A stretch of DNA of 64,000 nucleotides from an uncultured Alphaproteobacteria bacterium (GTDB taxonomy: Bacteria; Pseudomonadota; Alphaproteobacteria; Rhizobiales; Xanthobacteraceae). The notes under the pieces are model-generated. The model saw nothing but the letters and a program-made list of their open reading frames with translations. It made no database searches and was not told the DNA's origin. The translations under genes and the position numbers were made by a program. Below, piece by piece: positions 29,864 through 39,182 of the stretch (position 1 is its first letter; each line of letters begins with the position of its first letter). The stretch spans positions 4,973-68,972 of the forward strand of contig CAWFEO010000003.1 in the NCBI GenBank assembly GCA_963814885.1. The letters are read 5' to 3'.

Positions 29864-30756
29864 TCGTCCGTAAAAAAGACCGCGTGGTCGTGCTCGGCAT
29901 CACCGGCAAGCAGGGCACGTTCTGGACCGAGAAGATGATCGCCTACGGCACCAACGTGGTCGGCGGCGTCAACCCCAAGCGCGCCGGCGAGACCCATGTC
30001 GGCGTGCCGATCTTCGCCTCCACCGCGGAAGCGGCGGCCAAGGTCGGCGCCGACGTCGCCGTCATGTTCATCCCGCCGCCAATGGCGAAGGACGCCGGCG
30101 TGGCGGCGGCCGAGGCCGGCGTCAAGCTGCTCGTGGTGCTGACCGAGCACATTCCGGCGCAGGACGTGATGGCGATCCATGCGGCGGCGGCAAAGCGCGG
30201 CACCCGCATCGTCGGTCCCAACACGGCCGGGCTGGTGACGCCGGGCGAATGTTTCGTCGGCATCATGCCGGCCTTCGTGCCCAGCGTGTTCGCCCCCGGC
30301 CGCGTCGGCGTGATCTCGCGCAGCGGCAGCCTTGGCACGCTGGTGTGCCTCAACCTCACCCGCGCCGGGCTCGGCCAATCCGCCTTCATCGGCATCGGCG
30401 GCGATCCCATGCTCGGCACGACGACGCGCGATGCATTACAGGCGCTCAATGAAGATCGCGGCACCGACGCGGTGGTGATCGTCGGCGAGATCGGCGGCGG
30501 CATGGAAGAGGCGGCAAGCGACTACGCCCGCACGGTTTCCAAGCCGATGGTCGCCTTTATCGCGGGCGCTGCGTCGCCGCCGGGCAAGCGGATGGGCCAT
30601 GCCGGCGCCATCGTCACCGGCAGCGCCGGCAGTTATGCGGGCAAACGCCAAGCCTTGGAAGCCGCCGGCGTCGTCGTGGTCGATACGCCTGCGCAGATCG
30701 CGCCCGCCGTTGCCGCCGGTCTCGGCGCGCCGGCGAAGCAGGCAACCCGCGCCTAA
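29860..30756 (+). CDS. ADP-forming acyl-CoA ligase alpha subunit (SucD-like; putative sulfoacetate-CoA ligase)
   Basis: GITGKQG, GPNTAG, SRSGSL, GIGGDP, GEIGG, phospho-His motif KRMGHAGAI. Confidence 0.87.
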   Translation: MIVRKKDRVVVLGITGKQGTFWTEKMIAYGTNVVGGVNPKRAGETHVGVPIFASTAEAAAKVGADVAVMFIPPPMAKDAGVAAAEAGVKLLVVLTEHIPAQDVMAIHAAAAKRGTRIVGPNTAGLVTPGECFVGIMPAFVPSVFAPGRVGVISRSGSLGTLVCLNLTRAGLGQSAFIGIGGDPMLGTTTRDALQALNEDRGTDAVVIVGEIGGGMEEAASDYARTVSKPMVAFIAGAASPPGKRMGHAGAIVTGSAGSYAGKRQALEAAGVVVVDTPAQIAPAVAAGLGAPAKQATRA

Positions 30757-31883
30757 AAACCAAACTCCGCATTGTGCGCACCGAGCGCGGGCGCGGAAGC
30801 GTCGGCCGCGGCGCCAGGATGCAGAGGCCTGTCGATCGGCACCGGGATCGCCGGCAGTGCCTGGCCTTTTTCGTTCAGCAGCCGCGCCGCGAACAGGCCG
30901 CGCGCCTTGAAGTGCGGATCGTCGAGGGCGGCACGGATGTCCTGCACGATCGAGCAGCAGCAATCGGCTTTGTCGAAAATCGGTTCCCATTCCGCGGCGG
31001 TCTTGCCGGCGATGATCTTGGTGACGCGGGCGATCGTCGCCGGTGGATCGCGTTCGTCGTCGGCGAATTCAGGCGCAAGGCCGATGGCCGCGGTGAAGGA
31101 TTCCCAGAATTTCTGCTCGAGCGCCGCGACCGCGGCGATCCTGCCGTCGCGCGTCTCGTAGAGGTGATAGCGCGGCGAACCGCCGGTGATGCGGTCGCCG
31201 CCATCGTCCGGCCAGGCGCCACTGGCAAGCCCGGCGCCAATCGCCCAATACAGGAAGGGAAACACGCTTTCCGTCATGCTGACATCGATAAAAGCGCCCT
31301 CGCCCGTGGCGTCGCGGCGGCGCAGCGCCAGCAGGATGTTCATCACCGCCGGATAGCTGCCGCCGGCGATATCGGCGATCAGCGCAGGCGGCACCACGCG
31401 CTGGCCCGGCGGGCCCGACGACAGCGCCAGCAGGCCGGCATCGCCGATATAATTGAGATCGTGGCCGGCGCGGGCCGCGCGCGGGCCGCTCTGGCCGTAG
31501 CCGGTGATGGCGCAATAGATCAGCCGCGGATTGACGGTCTTGAGCGCCTCATAGCCGAGCCCCAGGCGGTCCATGACGCCGGGCCTGAACTGCTCGACCA
31601 CGATGTCGGCGGCCTTGGCCATCGCGATGACGCGATCACGCACGCGCGGGTCCTTCAGGTCGGCCGCCACGCTCTTCTTGCCGCGGTTGAGCATGGCGAA
31701 CAGGACGCTTTCCTTGCCCCAATACGGCTGGAAGCGGCGCATGTTCTCGCCGTCCGGATGCTCGAATTTGATGACCTCGGCGCCGGCTTCGGCGAGCAGC
31801 AGCGTCGCCATCGGCCCCGGCAGCAGCGTGGTGAAGTCGAGCACGCGAATGCCGGCGAGCGGGCCTGGCTTGCCATCGGACAT
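30753..31883 (-). CDS. Family III (CaiB/BaiF) CoA-transferase, AMACR-like subgroup
   Basis: LPGPMAT, NRGKKSV, EQFRPGVMDRLGLGY, GHDLNY. Confidence 0.93.
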   Translation of the reverse strand: MSDGKPGPLAGIRVLDFTTLLPGPMATLLLAEAGAEVIKFEHPDGENMRRFQPYWGKESVLFAMLNRGKKSVAADLKDPRVRDRVIAMAKAADIVVEQFRPGVMDRLGLGYEALKTVNPRLIYCAITGYGQSGPRAARAGHDLNYIGDAGLLALSSGPPGQRVVPPALIADIAGGSYPAVMNILLALRRRDATGEGAFIDVSMTESVFPFLYWAIGAGLASGAWPDDGGDRITGGSPRYHLYETRDGRIAAVAALEQKFWESFTAAIGLAPEFADDERDPPATIARVTKIIAGKTAAEWEPIFDKADCCCSIVQDIRAALDDPHFKARGLFAARLLNEKGQALPAIPVPIDRPLHPGAAADASAPALGAHNAEFGF

Positions 31884-32018
31884 TTGCTTGTGTCTCCGCT
31901 GTTCGGGCGCTCAACGCTAATGGCTGAGCTTTCGCGCGGCAATCACCTGCGCGGCGGCAAGGCCAGCATCCCAGCGGACTTGGTCGAAATGGCGGCCGAC
32001 AATCCGGCCGCGCGCGCC

Positions 32019-33608
32019 TCAGACCTTACCCCAGTTCAATGAGTACAGGTCGAAGCGGCGGTCCCGCAAATTCATCACGGTGCCGTCCTGCCGCGACGCC
32101 CGCAGCGAATCGAGCTGAAGATCGGCGATCGCCACCATTTCGACGTTCGGCGTCGTGTCGGCGGCGACGCCGTCGCGCGCGAAGGGAAAGTCGCACGGCG
32201 TCAGCACGCAGCTTTGCGAGTACTGGATGTCCATGTTCTCGACATCGGGCAGGTTGCCGACGTTGCCGGCCATGACGACGTAACACTGGTTCTCGACGGT
32301 GCGCGCGTGCGCGCAATAGCGTACACGGTGATAAGCCTGTGGTGAATCGGTGCAGAACGGCACGAACAAAAGAAGCGCGCCCTGGTCGATCAGATAGCGC
32401 GTCATTTCCGGAAACTCGCAATCGTAGCAGATCTGCACGCCGATCGGGCCGCAATCTGTCTGCACGATGTTGACGTCGCTGCCGCCTTTTATGTTCCACC
32501 AATAGCGCTCGCTCGGCGTCGGATGGACCTTGCTGCGAGGATGCACGCTGCCGTCGCGCAGGCAGACGAAGCAAATGTTGTAGATTTCGCCGTCCGCCTC
32601 GCGCGTCGGGTGCGACCCGCCGATGATGTTGACGTTGTAGTTGACCGCGAGGCGGCTCATCAGTTCCTTGAACCTCTCGGTGTAATTGGTCAGCGTCAGG
32701 ATCGCCTCAGCGGCGGGGATGCGCTTATTGTCGATCGACAGGAGCTGAAGCGTGAACAGCTCCGGAAACAGAATGAAATCCGCCTTGTAGTCGGCGACCA
32801 CGTCGACGAAATATTCGACCTGCTTGGCGAACTCCTCGAACGAGGTGAGCGCACGTTGCTGATACTGCACCGCCGCCACGCGCACGGTCTGCAGCCCGCG
32901 CGTCGCCGTTCCGGCGACCACGACGGAGTCCTCCGGCACCTGCGGGTTGCGCCAGATCATATGCGTCGCGAAGCCGCGCGATTCATGGTCGACCGGAAGA
33001 TAATTGTGCAGGACCCTGAGCGGCTGGAAGCCGTTGCGGGTCTGGAAGCCGATCACCGGATCGCGCAGTTTTCCGGCGATCACCAGTTCAAGATACTTTT
33101 CCGCCGAGCCGACCGTATTCCATCGCCGCGCCAATTGCGGCATGCGGCCGGCGAACACAATGCCCTTCAACCGCAGATGCTGGCAAAGGCGCTTTCGTTC
33201 GTTGTAAAGCCGCTGGCCGATACGTTGGCCGCGAAAATCCGGGTCGACGCAGACGTCCATGCCGTAGAGCCAGTCGCCCTTGCTGTCGTGGCGCGACGCA
33301 AAACCGCGGCCGGTGATTGTCACCCAGTCATGCGGCTTGAGCGCCACCTCGCCCGCAATCCGGAACGTGACGCAATAGCCAACGATGGTGTCTTCATAGA
33401 TTGCGACGAACTGGCCCTCGGGGAACTGGTGCTGGTGACCGAGCAGCTGCGCTTCGGAATAAACCCCGACCGGACCCAGCGTGGCGTAGGCCTTGGCCAT
33501 GAGTGCCTTGATACCGGGAATATCGCCGGGGATGGCGTTGCGCACGACCAGCTTGGGGCCGGTGTCCTTGTCACGCAGCCGCTTGCCGGGTTCGATGTCC
33601 GTTTTCAT
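32019..33608 (-). CDS. Bifunctional GNAT acetyltransferase / carbon-nitrogen hydrolase
   Basis: N-terminal VDPDFRGQRIGQRLY acetyl-CoA motif; C-terminal nitrilase triad FPELF (E), SKVHPT (K), ICYDCEFPE (C). Confidence 0.9.
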   Translation of the reverse strand: MKTDIEPGKRLRDKDTGPKLVVRNAIPGDIPGIKALMAKAYATLGPVGVYSEAQLLGHQHQFPEGQFVAIYEDTIVGYCVTFRIAGEVALKPHDWVTITGRGFASRHDSKGDWLYGMDVCVDPDFRGQRIGQRLYNERKRLCQHLRLKGIVFAGRMPQLARRWNTVGSAEKYLELVIAGKLRDPVIGFQTRNGFQPLRVLHNYLPVDHESRGFATHMIWRNPQVPEDSVVVAGTATRGLQTVRVAAVQYQQRALTSFEEFAKQVEYFVDVVADYKADFILFPELFTLQLLSIDNKRIPAAEAILTLTNYTERFKELMSRLAVNYNVNIIGGSHPTREADGEIYNICFVCLRDGSVHPRSKVHPTPSERYWWNIKGGSDVNIVQTDCGPIGVQICYDCEFPEMTRYLIDQGALLLFVPFCTDSPQAYHRVRYCAHARTVENQCYVVMAGNVGNLPDVENMDIQYSQSCVLTPCDFPFARDGVAADTTPNVEMVAIADLQLDSLRASRQDGTVMNLRDRRFDLYSLNWGKV

Positions 33609-33773
33609 GAATTCGTTCTAGCCTGTGATTCGCCGTGTTCCATAACGAATTTATGCGATGAGACGGTCGTCGCATCGCTGCCTCGGCTAAAGATGGGTTC
33701 CACAATGGGCAATGCAACCGCATAAAATATCGCGGTTCCGCAGCATTCCGGCCGATTTCGGCGCAAACAGCGC

Positions 33774-34277
33774 TCAGAACTCCAGCTTATCCTGCACCGC
33801 CGCTAATCCGACCTTGGCGCAGGCCTCGTCCTTGTCGCCGCCGGGCGCGCCCGCCACCCCGACCCCGCCGAGCAGCGCGCCGCCAGCCTGGATCACCAGG
33901 CCGCCGACCAGCGGCGTCACCCCGGGCAAGCCGGTCAGGCCGGAACCGATCGTGCCGTCCTTGATCGCTTTGACGAACTCGCCGGTGTCACGGGTGAAGG
34001 TCACGGCGGTCCAGGCTTTGCCCTTGGCGATATCGAGCGCGGCCGCCGGCGCGAAACGGTCGCGCAGGCTCGCCAGTGGTGTGCCGAAACGGTCGAGCAC
34101 CACCACGGCGACCTGGAAGCCGTCCTTGCGGCACTGAACGATCGCGGCGCGCGCCAGATCGAAGGCGGCGTCGGGCGAAAGCGACTTGTAGGTGACGACG
34201 CCTTCCGCGGCGCGGGTGGGCGCTGCCGCCGCGATCGTTACCGCGGCGGCGACAACCAGCATGAGACCTTTCTTCAC
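33774..34277 (-). CDS. GlcG/HbpS-like heme-binding protein, exported
   Basis: Signal peptide; VAVVVLDRFG, KAWTA, GGVGVAGAPGGDKDEACA; GTG start 34277. Confidence 0.85.
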   Translation of the reverse strand: MKKGLMLVVAAAVTIAAAAPTRAAEGVVTYKSLSPDAAFDLARAAIVQCRKDGFQVAVVVLDRFGTPLASLRDRFAPAAALDIAKGKAWTAVTFTRDTGEFVKAIKDGTIGSGLTGLPGVTPLVGGLVIQAGGALLGGVGVAGAPGGDKDEACAKVGLAAVQDKLEF

Positions 34278-34315
34278 CTCAGCCTCCCTTGTTACGGAGC
34301 CGGGCCGGCCCCGCA

Positions 34316-34795
34316 TTACGGCTTGATATAAGTCCAGCCTTGTTCCTGCAGCTCGGTCAGGCGCACCACGCCGCCGGGCACGATGCGCGCCTCGGAGACG
34401 ATCTTGATCGGATGCCCTTCCTTCTTTTCCATCTTGCCCATGGTAACGTGGCAGGCCGAATAGGTCAGCTTCGACGGAAAAGCCACCTTCTTCAGATTCG
34501 CCAAGCGGTCCTTCACTGGCGACTTGTCGTCACGCAACATCATCAGACCCGGCCCATAAGCCACCACCTCGATTTCCGCCGTCTCGCCTTTCTCCTGATA
34601 AGCCTGCATTATGTTCTCGACATTGTTGAGAGCGAGAGCCATCTTCGCCTTGTCGTTCTGGCTAACCTGGAACACGATGTGGTGCACCTTTCCGCTCGCC
34701 TTTTTCATATTTTCGTCGGCATGACCCGGCGTCGCCGCCATCAATCCAAGAGCAAGTGCGGCGACAGCCAACACTGCGTATTTTGAACGCTTCAT
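34316..34795 (-). CDS. DsrE-family protein with signal peptide
   Basis: HHIVFQVS, ALNNVEN, IEVVAYGPGL, SACHVT, VPGGVVRLTELQEQGWTYIKP. Confidence 0.88.
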   Translation of the reverse strand: MKRSKYAVLAVAALALGLMAATPGHADENMKKASGKVHHIVFQVSQNDKAKMALALNNVENIMQAYQEKGETAEIEVVAYGPGLMMLRDDKSPVKDRLANLKKVAFPSKLTYSACHVTMGKMEKKEGHPIKIVSEARIVPGGVVRLTELQEQGWTYIKP

Positions 34796-34832
34796 TTCAG
34801 ATTCCTCCCGATGTTGAACTTGCGATTTCTTG

Positions 34833-35306
34833 TTATGGACGTACCAGCGTGTAGCCCTTCTTGGTCAAAGTGAGGATGCGGGCGACACCGACTTGCACCT
34901 TCACGGCTTTCGGATTGATATTCACGTGTTTGCCTTCACGCTCGAGCGTATCGACCGTGTTCATGCAGATGTCGAACTGAACGCCTTGCGAGATCAGGCT
35001 GTCGACCCGCGCGCGATTGGGGCTTTCCGCGCGCAGCAGGTCGATGCCGGCGCCGAACGCCACCACCTCGATGGCGATCTTGTCGGTCCCATAGGCCTTC
35101 AACAGATTGTTGGCGACGCTGAGCACCAGCGCCTGCTTGTCCGGTGCGCGGTCGGAGAGTTGCAGGACCAAATGGTGTTCGGCGAACGGCTTGTCCGGCG
35201 ACGGCGGGCTTGCGGGCGTCTGCGCGGCAGCCGGCGACAAGCCAATGGCCGTGACCGCCAGAACGAGAGCGGAAAACCGCGCCAAACGAGCGAGCGCAAC
35301 GGACAT
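34833..35306 (-). CDS. DsrE-family protein with signal peptide (second paralogue)
   Basis: HHLVLQLSD, LSVANNL, IEVVAFGAGI, DICMNT, GYTLVRP. Confidence 0.88.
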   Translation of the reverse strand: MSVALARLARFSALVLAVTAIGLSPAAAQTPASPPSPDKPFAEHHLVLQLSDRAPDKQALVLSVANNLLKAYGTDKIAIEVVAFGAGIDLLRAESPNRARVDSLISQGVQFDICMNTVDTLEREGKHVNINPKAVKVQVGVARILTLTKKGYTLVRP

Positions 35307-35314
35307 ACGTTCCT

Positions 35315-37060
35315 CTATCCGGCAAAGCCCGGATTGTTCGCCACGCCCTTGAGCGCGACCTGATTGAATTTCTTAGGCTTCGCGGTCTTTGCGCCGCGTA
35401 GGTAGTTCGCGAACACGTCCCACACCGGCTTGCCAGCTTGCGGATTGACCGAGGCCCAGCCGGCGACCTTATAGGTCTTGCCGGCTTCGAGCTTGCGGCC
35501 ATTGTCGAGCGTCAAATCTGAAATGCGCTGGCCGACTTTTGCCGCCGGCGCGCAGGCGTAGTCCATGCCGCCGATGCGCACCATATCGCCGCCCTGCTGG
35601 CGATAGGGATCGGGATTGAACAGGTTGTCGCAGACGTCTTCCATGATCGCCTTAATCTGGGCGCCGGTCATTTCCTGCACATAGACTTCCGGATAGGTGA
35701 TTGCGGTTTCCGACAACACGTCGCCCATGGTGACGGGCTCTCCCGGCAACACCGTATTGCCCCAGCGGAAGCCGGGCGAAAATGCCAATTCGGCATCGAG
35801 CTCATGGCGCAAGGCGTCGCAGATGAGCTGATCCATGGTGCCGTTGAAATTGCCGCGCCGGTACAGGAGATCGCCCGCCACCGCCAGCTTCTCGGAAAAC
35901 TGCGCCGCATGCGGCTTGCTGGCGCGATCGATCAACGCCTGCATTTCGGGATCGGGTTTCAGAAGCCCGGCATAGACCGGCAACAGGCGATAGCGCGCAT
36001 CCTTGACCGCGCCCTTGGCCAGTTCGAGATCGAGCACGACGAGGAACTTGCCGGTCGATCCGCCGTTGGCCACCAGAGTCTGGCCGCCGGAATTCTTCAC
36101 CGTCACCGGCCGCGGCACCACGTCGTGGGTATGGCCGCCGAGGATGACGTCGATGCCGGTGACATTGCTTGCGAGCTTGAGATCGACATCCATGCCGTTG
36201 TGCGAGAGCAGGATGACGGCGTCGACCTTGTCCTTTTGGCGCAATCCATCGACGACTTTCTGCATCTCGTCGTCGCGGATGCCGAAGGTCCAATCGGGCG
36301 TAAAGCGCTTGGGATGAGCGACCGGCACGTAAGGAAACGCCTGGCCGATGACGCCGATGCGGTGCCCACCGACTTCTTTCACGGTTGCCGGCTTGAACAC
36401 GCGGCCCGAGGCGGCGTCGAACGCCGGCTTGTCGTCGAACGCCGCTTCCTCGGTCAGGAACACGTTCTGCGCCAGGAACTCGCCCTTGAAGCGCTTGAGA
36501 TTGGCGCGCAGTTTTTCCTCGCCATAGGTGAATTCCCAATGGCCGGTCGTCAGCTCGACGCCGAGCAGATTGGCAGCATCCACCATGTCTTCGCCGTGCG
36601 TCGCATTAGCAACGCCGCTGCCCTGCCAGAGGTCGCCACCGTCGAGCAGCAGCGATTTGCCGCTGCCGGCGTCGGCACGCAGGCGGTCGATCAGGGTCTT
36701 GAGGTGCGCGAAGCCGCCGAGCCGGCCGTAACGGTGCGCGGCTTCAGCAAAATCGAGATAGGTGAAGGCATGCGCCTGCCGGCTGTTCGGCGCGATGCCG
36801 AAGTATTCGAGAAAAGCCCGCCCGACCAGGTGCGGGGGCTTGCCCGCCATGGCGCCGACGCCAAGATAGATGCTCGGCTCGCGGAAATAGACCGGCGTCA
36901 GCTGCGCGTGGGTGTCGGTCATGTGCAGCACGCGCGCGTTGCCGAAGCGGCCGATGTCATAAAGATCATCGGCCGCGGCGTCCGCGCCGCGGCTGATTCG
37001 AGGAATGGCACCAGATATCGCCGCGGCCGTGAGCGCCTTCAACAGGTCGCGGCGACGCAT
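35315..37060 (-). CDS. soxB: Thiosulfohydrolase SoxB
   Basis: Tat MRRRDLL; LHMTDTHAQL..VYFREPS, DGGDLWQG, GHWEFTYG, LSHNGMDVD, GGHTHD, RRGNFNGT, QQGGDMVR. Confidence 0.96.
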   Translation of the reverse strand: MRRRDLLKALTAAAISGAIPRISRGADAAADDLYDIGRFGNARVLHMTDTHAQLTPVYFREPSIYLGVGAMAGKPPHLVGRAFLEYFGIAPNSRQAHAFTYLDFAEAAHRYGRLGGFAHLKTLIDRLRADAGSGKSLLLDGGDLWQGSGVANATHGEDMVDAANLLGVELTTGHWEFTYGEEKLRANLKRFKGEFLAQNVFLTEEAAFDDKPAFDAASGRVFKPATVKEVGGHRIGVIGQAFPYVPVAHPKRFTPDWTFGIRDDEMQKVVDGLRQKDKVDAVILLSHNGMDVDLKLASNVTGIDVILGGHTHDVVPRPVTVKNSGGQTLVANGGSTGKFLVVLDLELAKGAVKDARYRLLPVYAGLLKPDPEMQALIDRASKPHAAQFSEKLAVAGDLLYRRGNFNGTMDQLICDALRHELDAELAFSPGFRWGNTVLPGEPVTMGDVLSETAITYPEVYVQEMTGAQIKAIMEDVCDNLFNPDPYRQQGGDMVRIGGMDYACAPAAKVGQRISDLTLDNGRKLEAGKTYKVAGWASVNPQAGKPVWDVFANYLRGAKTAKPKKFNQVALKGVANNPGFAG

Positions 37061-37094
37061 CGCGCGGGTCTCCCGGTTACGCTGCCAGCTCCGA

Positions 37095-37409
37095 TCAGCG
37101 GACGACAGCGTTCTTCCAAAGCTTTTTCTGCTCTTCGGCCTGCGCGATGGACGCGTTGGCCAGCGCCTCGGCTTTCATGGCGTGCTTGACGGCGTCGTCA
37201 AACTTGCCGGCGTCAGCCGCCTTTTTCGCGGCTTTTAGCTCACTGGCCGTTGTCAGCCATGCAGTCTTCATGGCGAGCGACTTTTTGTTCGCCGCCTCGG
37301 CCTTGGCATAGACCGCCTTGAAGTCGTCGGCCGACGCAGCAAACGCGGCCGTCACGAAGCCACCGACCGAAAGGACAACGGCCAACAGGATCAAAACACG
37401 AGTGCGCAT
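37095..37409 (-). CDS. soxK: SoxAX-binding protein (SoxK/SAXB)
   Basis: 104-aa exported Ala/Lys-rich helical protein (AEAANKKS..AWLTT..LKAAKKAADAGKFDDAVK..AEALA) between soxA and soxB. Confidence 0.75.
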   Translation of the reverse strand: MRTRVLILLAVVLSVGGFVTAAFAASADDFKAVYAKAEAANKKSLAMKTAWLTTASELKAAKKAADAGKFDDAVKHAMKAEALANASIAQAEEQKKLWKNAVVR

Positions 37410-37433
37410 GTTATTCCTCCACATGGGTCCGTT

Positions 37434-38276
37434 TTATGGGCGCGCGCCCGGCCCCGAGATCGGCAGGCCGTTGGCCATGTACGAAAGATAATATTCGACG
37501 TCGCTGTAGAGCTCATCGTTCGGTTTGAGCGGCACCGCGCGCACCTGGCTGTTGCAGGAGGTGATGCGGCGGCTGGTGGTGCCCATGCCGGCCCAGGCCG
37601 AGCGATAGATCGGCAGCGCGTTGAGAATGCCGAGCGCCGGCGCCAGCACCTCGGTACGGATATGCTTACCCGCGCTTTCCACGTGGCAGCTCGCGCAGGA
37701 GAAGTTGAGCTGGCCGCGGCGGGTGTAGAAATATTCCTCGCCCTTCTTGTAGGCGGCGAGCGCGCGCGGGTCGTTCGGGATCTTGATAGACATCGGCTTG
37801 CCGCGCGAGGTGTAGGCCATATAGGCGGTGATCACCGCCATGTCGTTCTTCTTGTAGTCGTAGGGCTTTTCGCCGTTGGCGGTGCGGCACTCGTTGACCG
37901 CCACTTCAAGCGTGATCACTTTGCCCGCCTTGGCGTCGAACATGGGATAGTTCTGGCGGATACCGATGCCCTTGTTCGGGAAGCAATCGGCGTAGGTTTT
38001 GCCGTTCTTGAACGGCGTACTGAACATCTGTTTGCCTTTTTCGACGGCGAATTCGTAGGGCGGGAATTCTTCTTTCGCCTGCCACTGCTTATGCAAGCCC
38101 GCATCCATCGAATAGGGGCCGTTGACAAAATCCTTGAGCGGCACTTTCGGGAACCGCTCCGTGAAATATTTCTGGAACGCCTTCCTGTCCGCTTCGGGGT
38201 TTACGTCACTGGCAGCCAGTAGAGGCTGCGCCGTGCCGACGACAATCGCGACCGCGACGAAAATATTGCGCAGCAT
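37434..38276 (-). CDS. soxA: SoxA cytochrome c, mono-heme type III-like
   Basis: Single CxxCH (SCASCH); first site degenerate (YADCF); YTRRGQLNFSC; catalytic-Cys region RRITSCNSQVR. Confidence 0.93.
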   Translation of the reverse strand: MLRNIFVAVAIVVGTAQPLLAASDVNPEADRKAFQKYFTERFPKVPLKDFVNGPYSMDAGLHKQWQAKEEFPPYEFAVEKGKQMFSTPFKNGKTYADCFPNKGIGIRQNYPMFDAKAGKVITLEVAVNECRTANGEKPYDYKKNDMAVITAYMAYTSRGKPMSIKIPNDPRALAAYKKGEEYFYTRRGQLNFSCASCHVESAGKHIRTEVLAPALGILNALPIYRSAWAGMGTTSRRITSCNSQVRAVPLKPNDELYSDVEYYLSYMANGLPISGPGARP

Positions 38277-38313
38277 TCACCAATCCTCCCTGTCACCCTT
38301 AACTAATCGGGCT

Positions 38314-38628
38314 TTATTGAATCTTGGCCATCAGTGAATCCGATGCGCCTTTATTGTCGACCCAGCTGATTTTCAGCTCATCGCCTTTCTTGCCGCCCTT
38401 GAAGCTGAACTTCAGGTACGGGTCTTTCGAGATGGCCGGCCCCCAAAAAGCGGTAAACACCGTTTTGCCGCCGAGTTCGAACTGCAACACCTCGATGTGG
38501 TGCGCCGGGATGGGCTTGCCGGTTTTCCTATCCTTCACGAAACCGGAATCCATCGGATGCCGGATCAGCGATTGGACCTGCGTCCTGCCGCCGCTCGAGA
38601 CGGCCTTCACGCGAATTGTCGATGCCAT
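38314..38628 (-). CDS. soxZ: Sulfur carrier SoxZ
   Basis: IRHPMDSG..KD..G..IPAHHI, ISKDPYLKF, WVDNKG. Confidence 0.95.
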   Translation of the reverse strand: MASTIRVKAVSSGGRTQVQSLIRHPMDSGFVKDRKTGKPIPAHHIEVLQFELGGKTVFTAFWGPAISKDPYLKFSFKGGKKGDELKISWVDNKGASDSLMAKIQ

Positions 38629-38658
38629 TGCTCTCGCCTCTCTGTTCGATGACGCCGA

Positions 38659-39150
38659 TCAGCCGCCGCAGCCGCCGACGGTGACCTTGACCTCCTTGGA
38701 CGCGCTGTAGAGCTTGCCGTTCGACTCCACGACCGCGACGACCTTGCTGGTTTTGGCCATTTTCAGCCGGTTCGCCACCGCGGCTTCGGTCCCTTCCGGA
38801 ATCTTGTAGGCGGCGGCGAGCACATTGGGATTGTTCAGCACCAGGATGGCGATGGCGGTGACCTTGGGCAGGTTGCTCGAAACCGCGATCGGCACCACCG
38901 CGCCGTTTTCCGCGATTTCCGGCGCGTCGAGACCGATTTTATCCGAGGCGGTCGCGGTCTTGCCGTAGAGCGCTTTCAGCACGTCGGCTTCGCTCTTCTG
39001 CTTGAAGGCGTCCGCCGGCCACCCCTTGGCGTCCTCGGCGTAGACCGGAAACGGGAAGCTGCCGAGGCCAAGCCCCGCCAGGCCGCCGGCGACGGCGCCT
39101 TTCAGGATCATGCGTCGCGCGGAATTGGGCGCGTCCGGAAAACTTTTCAT
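38659..39150 (-). CDS. soxY: Sulfur carrier SoxY
   Basis: Tat ARRMILKG; APEIAENGAVVP; C-terminal swinging arm VKVTVGGCGG. Confidence 0.96.
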   Translation of the reverse strand: MKSFPDAPNSARRMILKGAVAGGLAGLGLGSFPFPVYAEDAKGWPADAFKQKSEADVLKALYGKTATASDKIGLDAPEIAENGAVVPIAVSSNLPKVTAIAILVLNNPNVLAAAYKIPEGTEAAVANRLKMAKTSKVVAVVESNGKLYSASKEVKVTVGGCGG

Positions 39151-39182
39151 TGCATTTTCTCCTTGTTGGCCCACACGCGCGG

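Noticed and set aside
28736-30756. Calling the ligase housekeeping sucCD
   Set aside because: The sequence is divergent (MNFEEY start, short beta subunit), it sits in the xsc-sauS operon, and no sucAB/mdh/sdh neighbours are present
35804-37189. Long antisense ORFs (for example 35804-37189, 47467-48864, 21449-22816, 30774-32042, 32523-33725)
   Set aside because: Typical high-GC shadow ORFs opposite well-supported genes; no recognisable motifs
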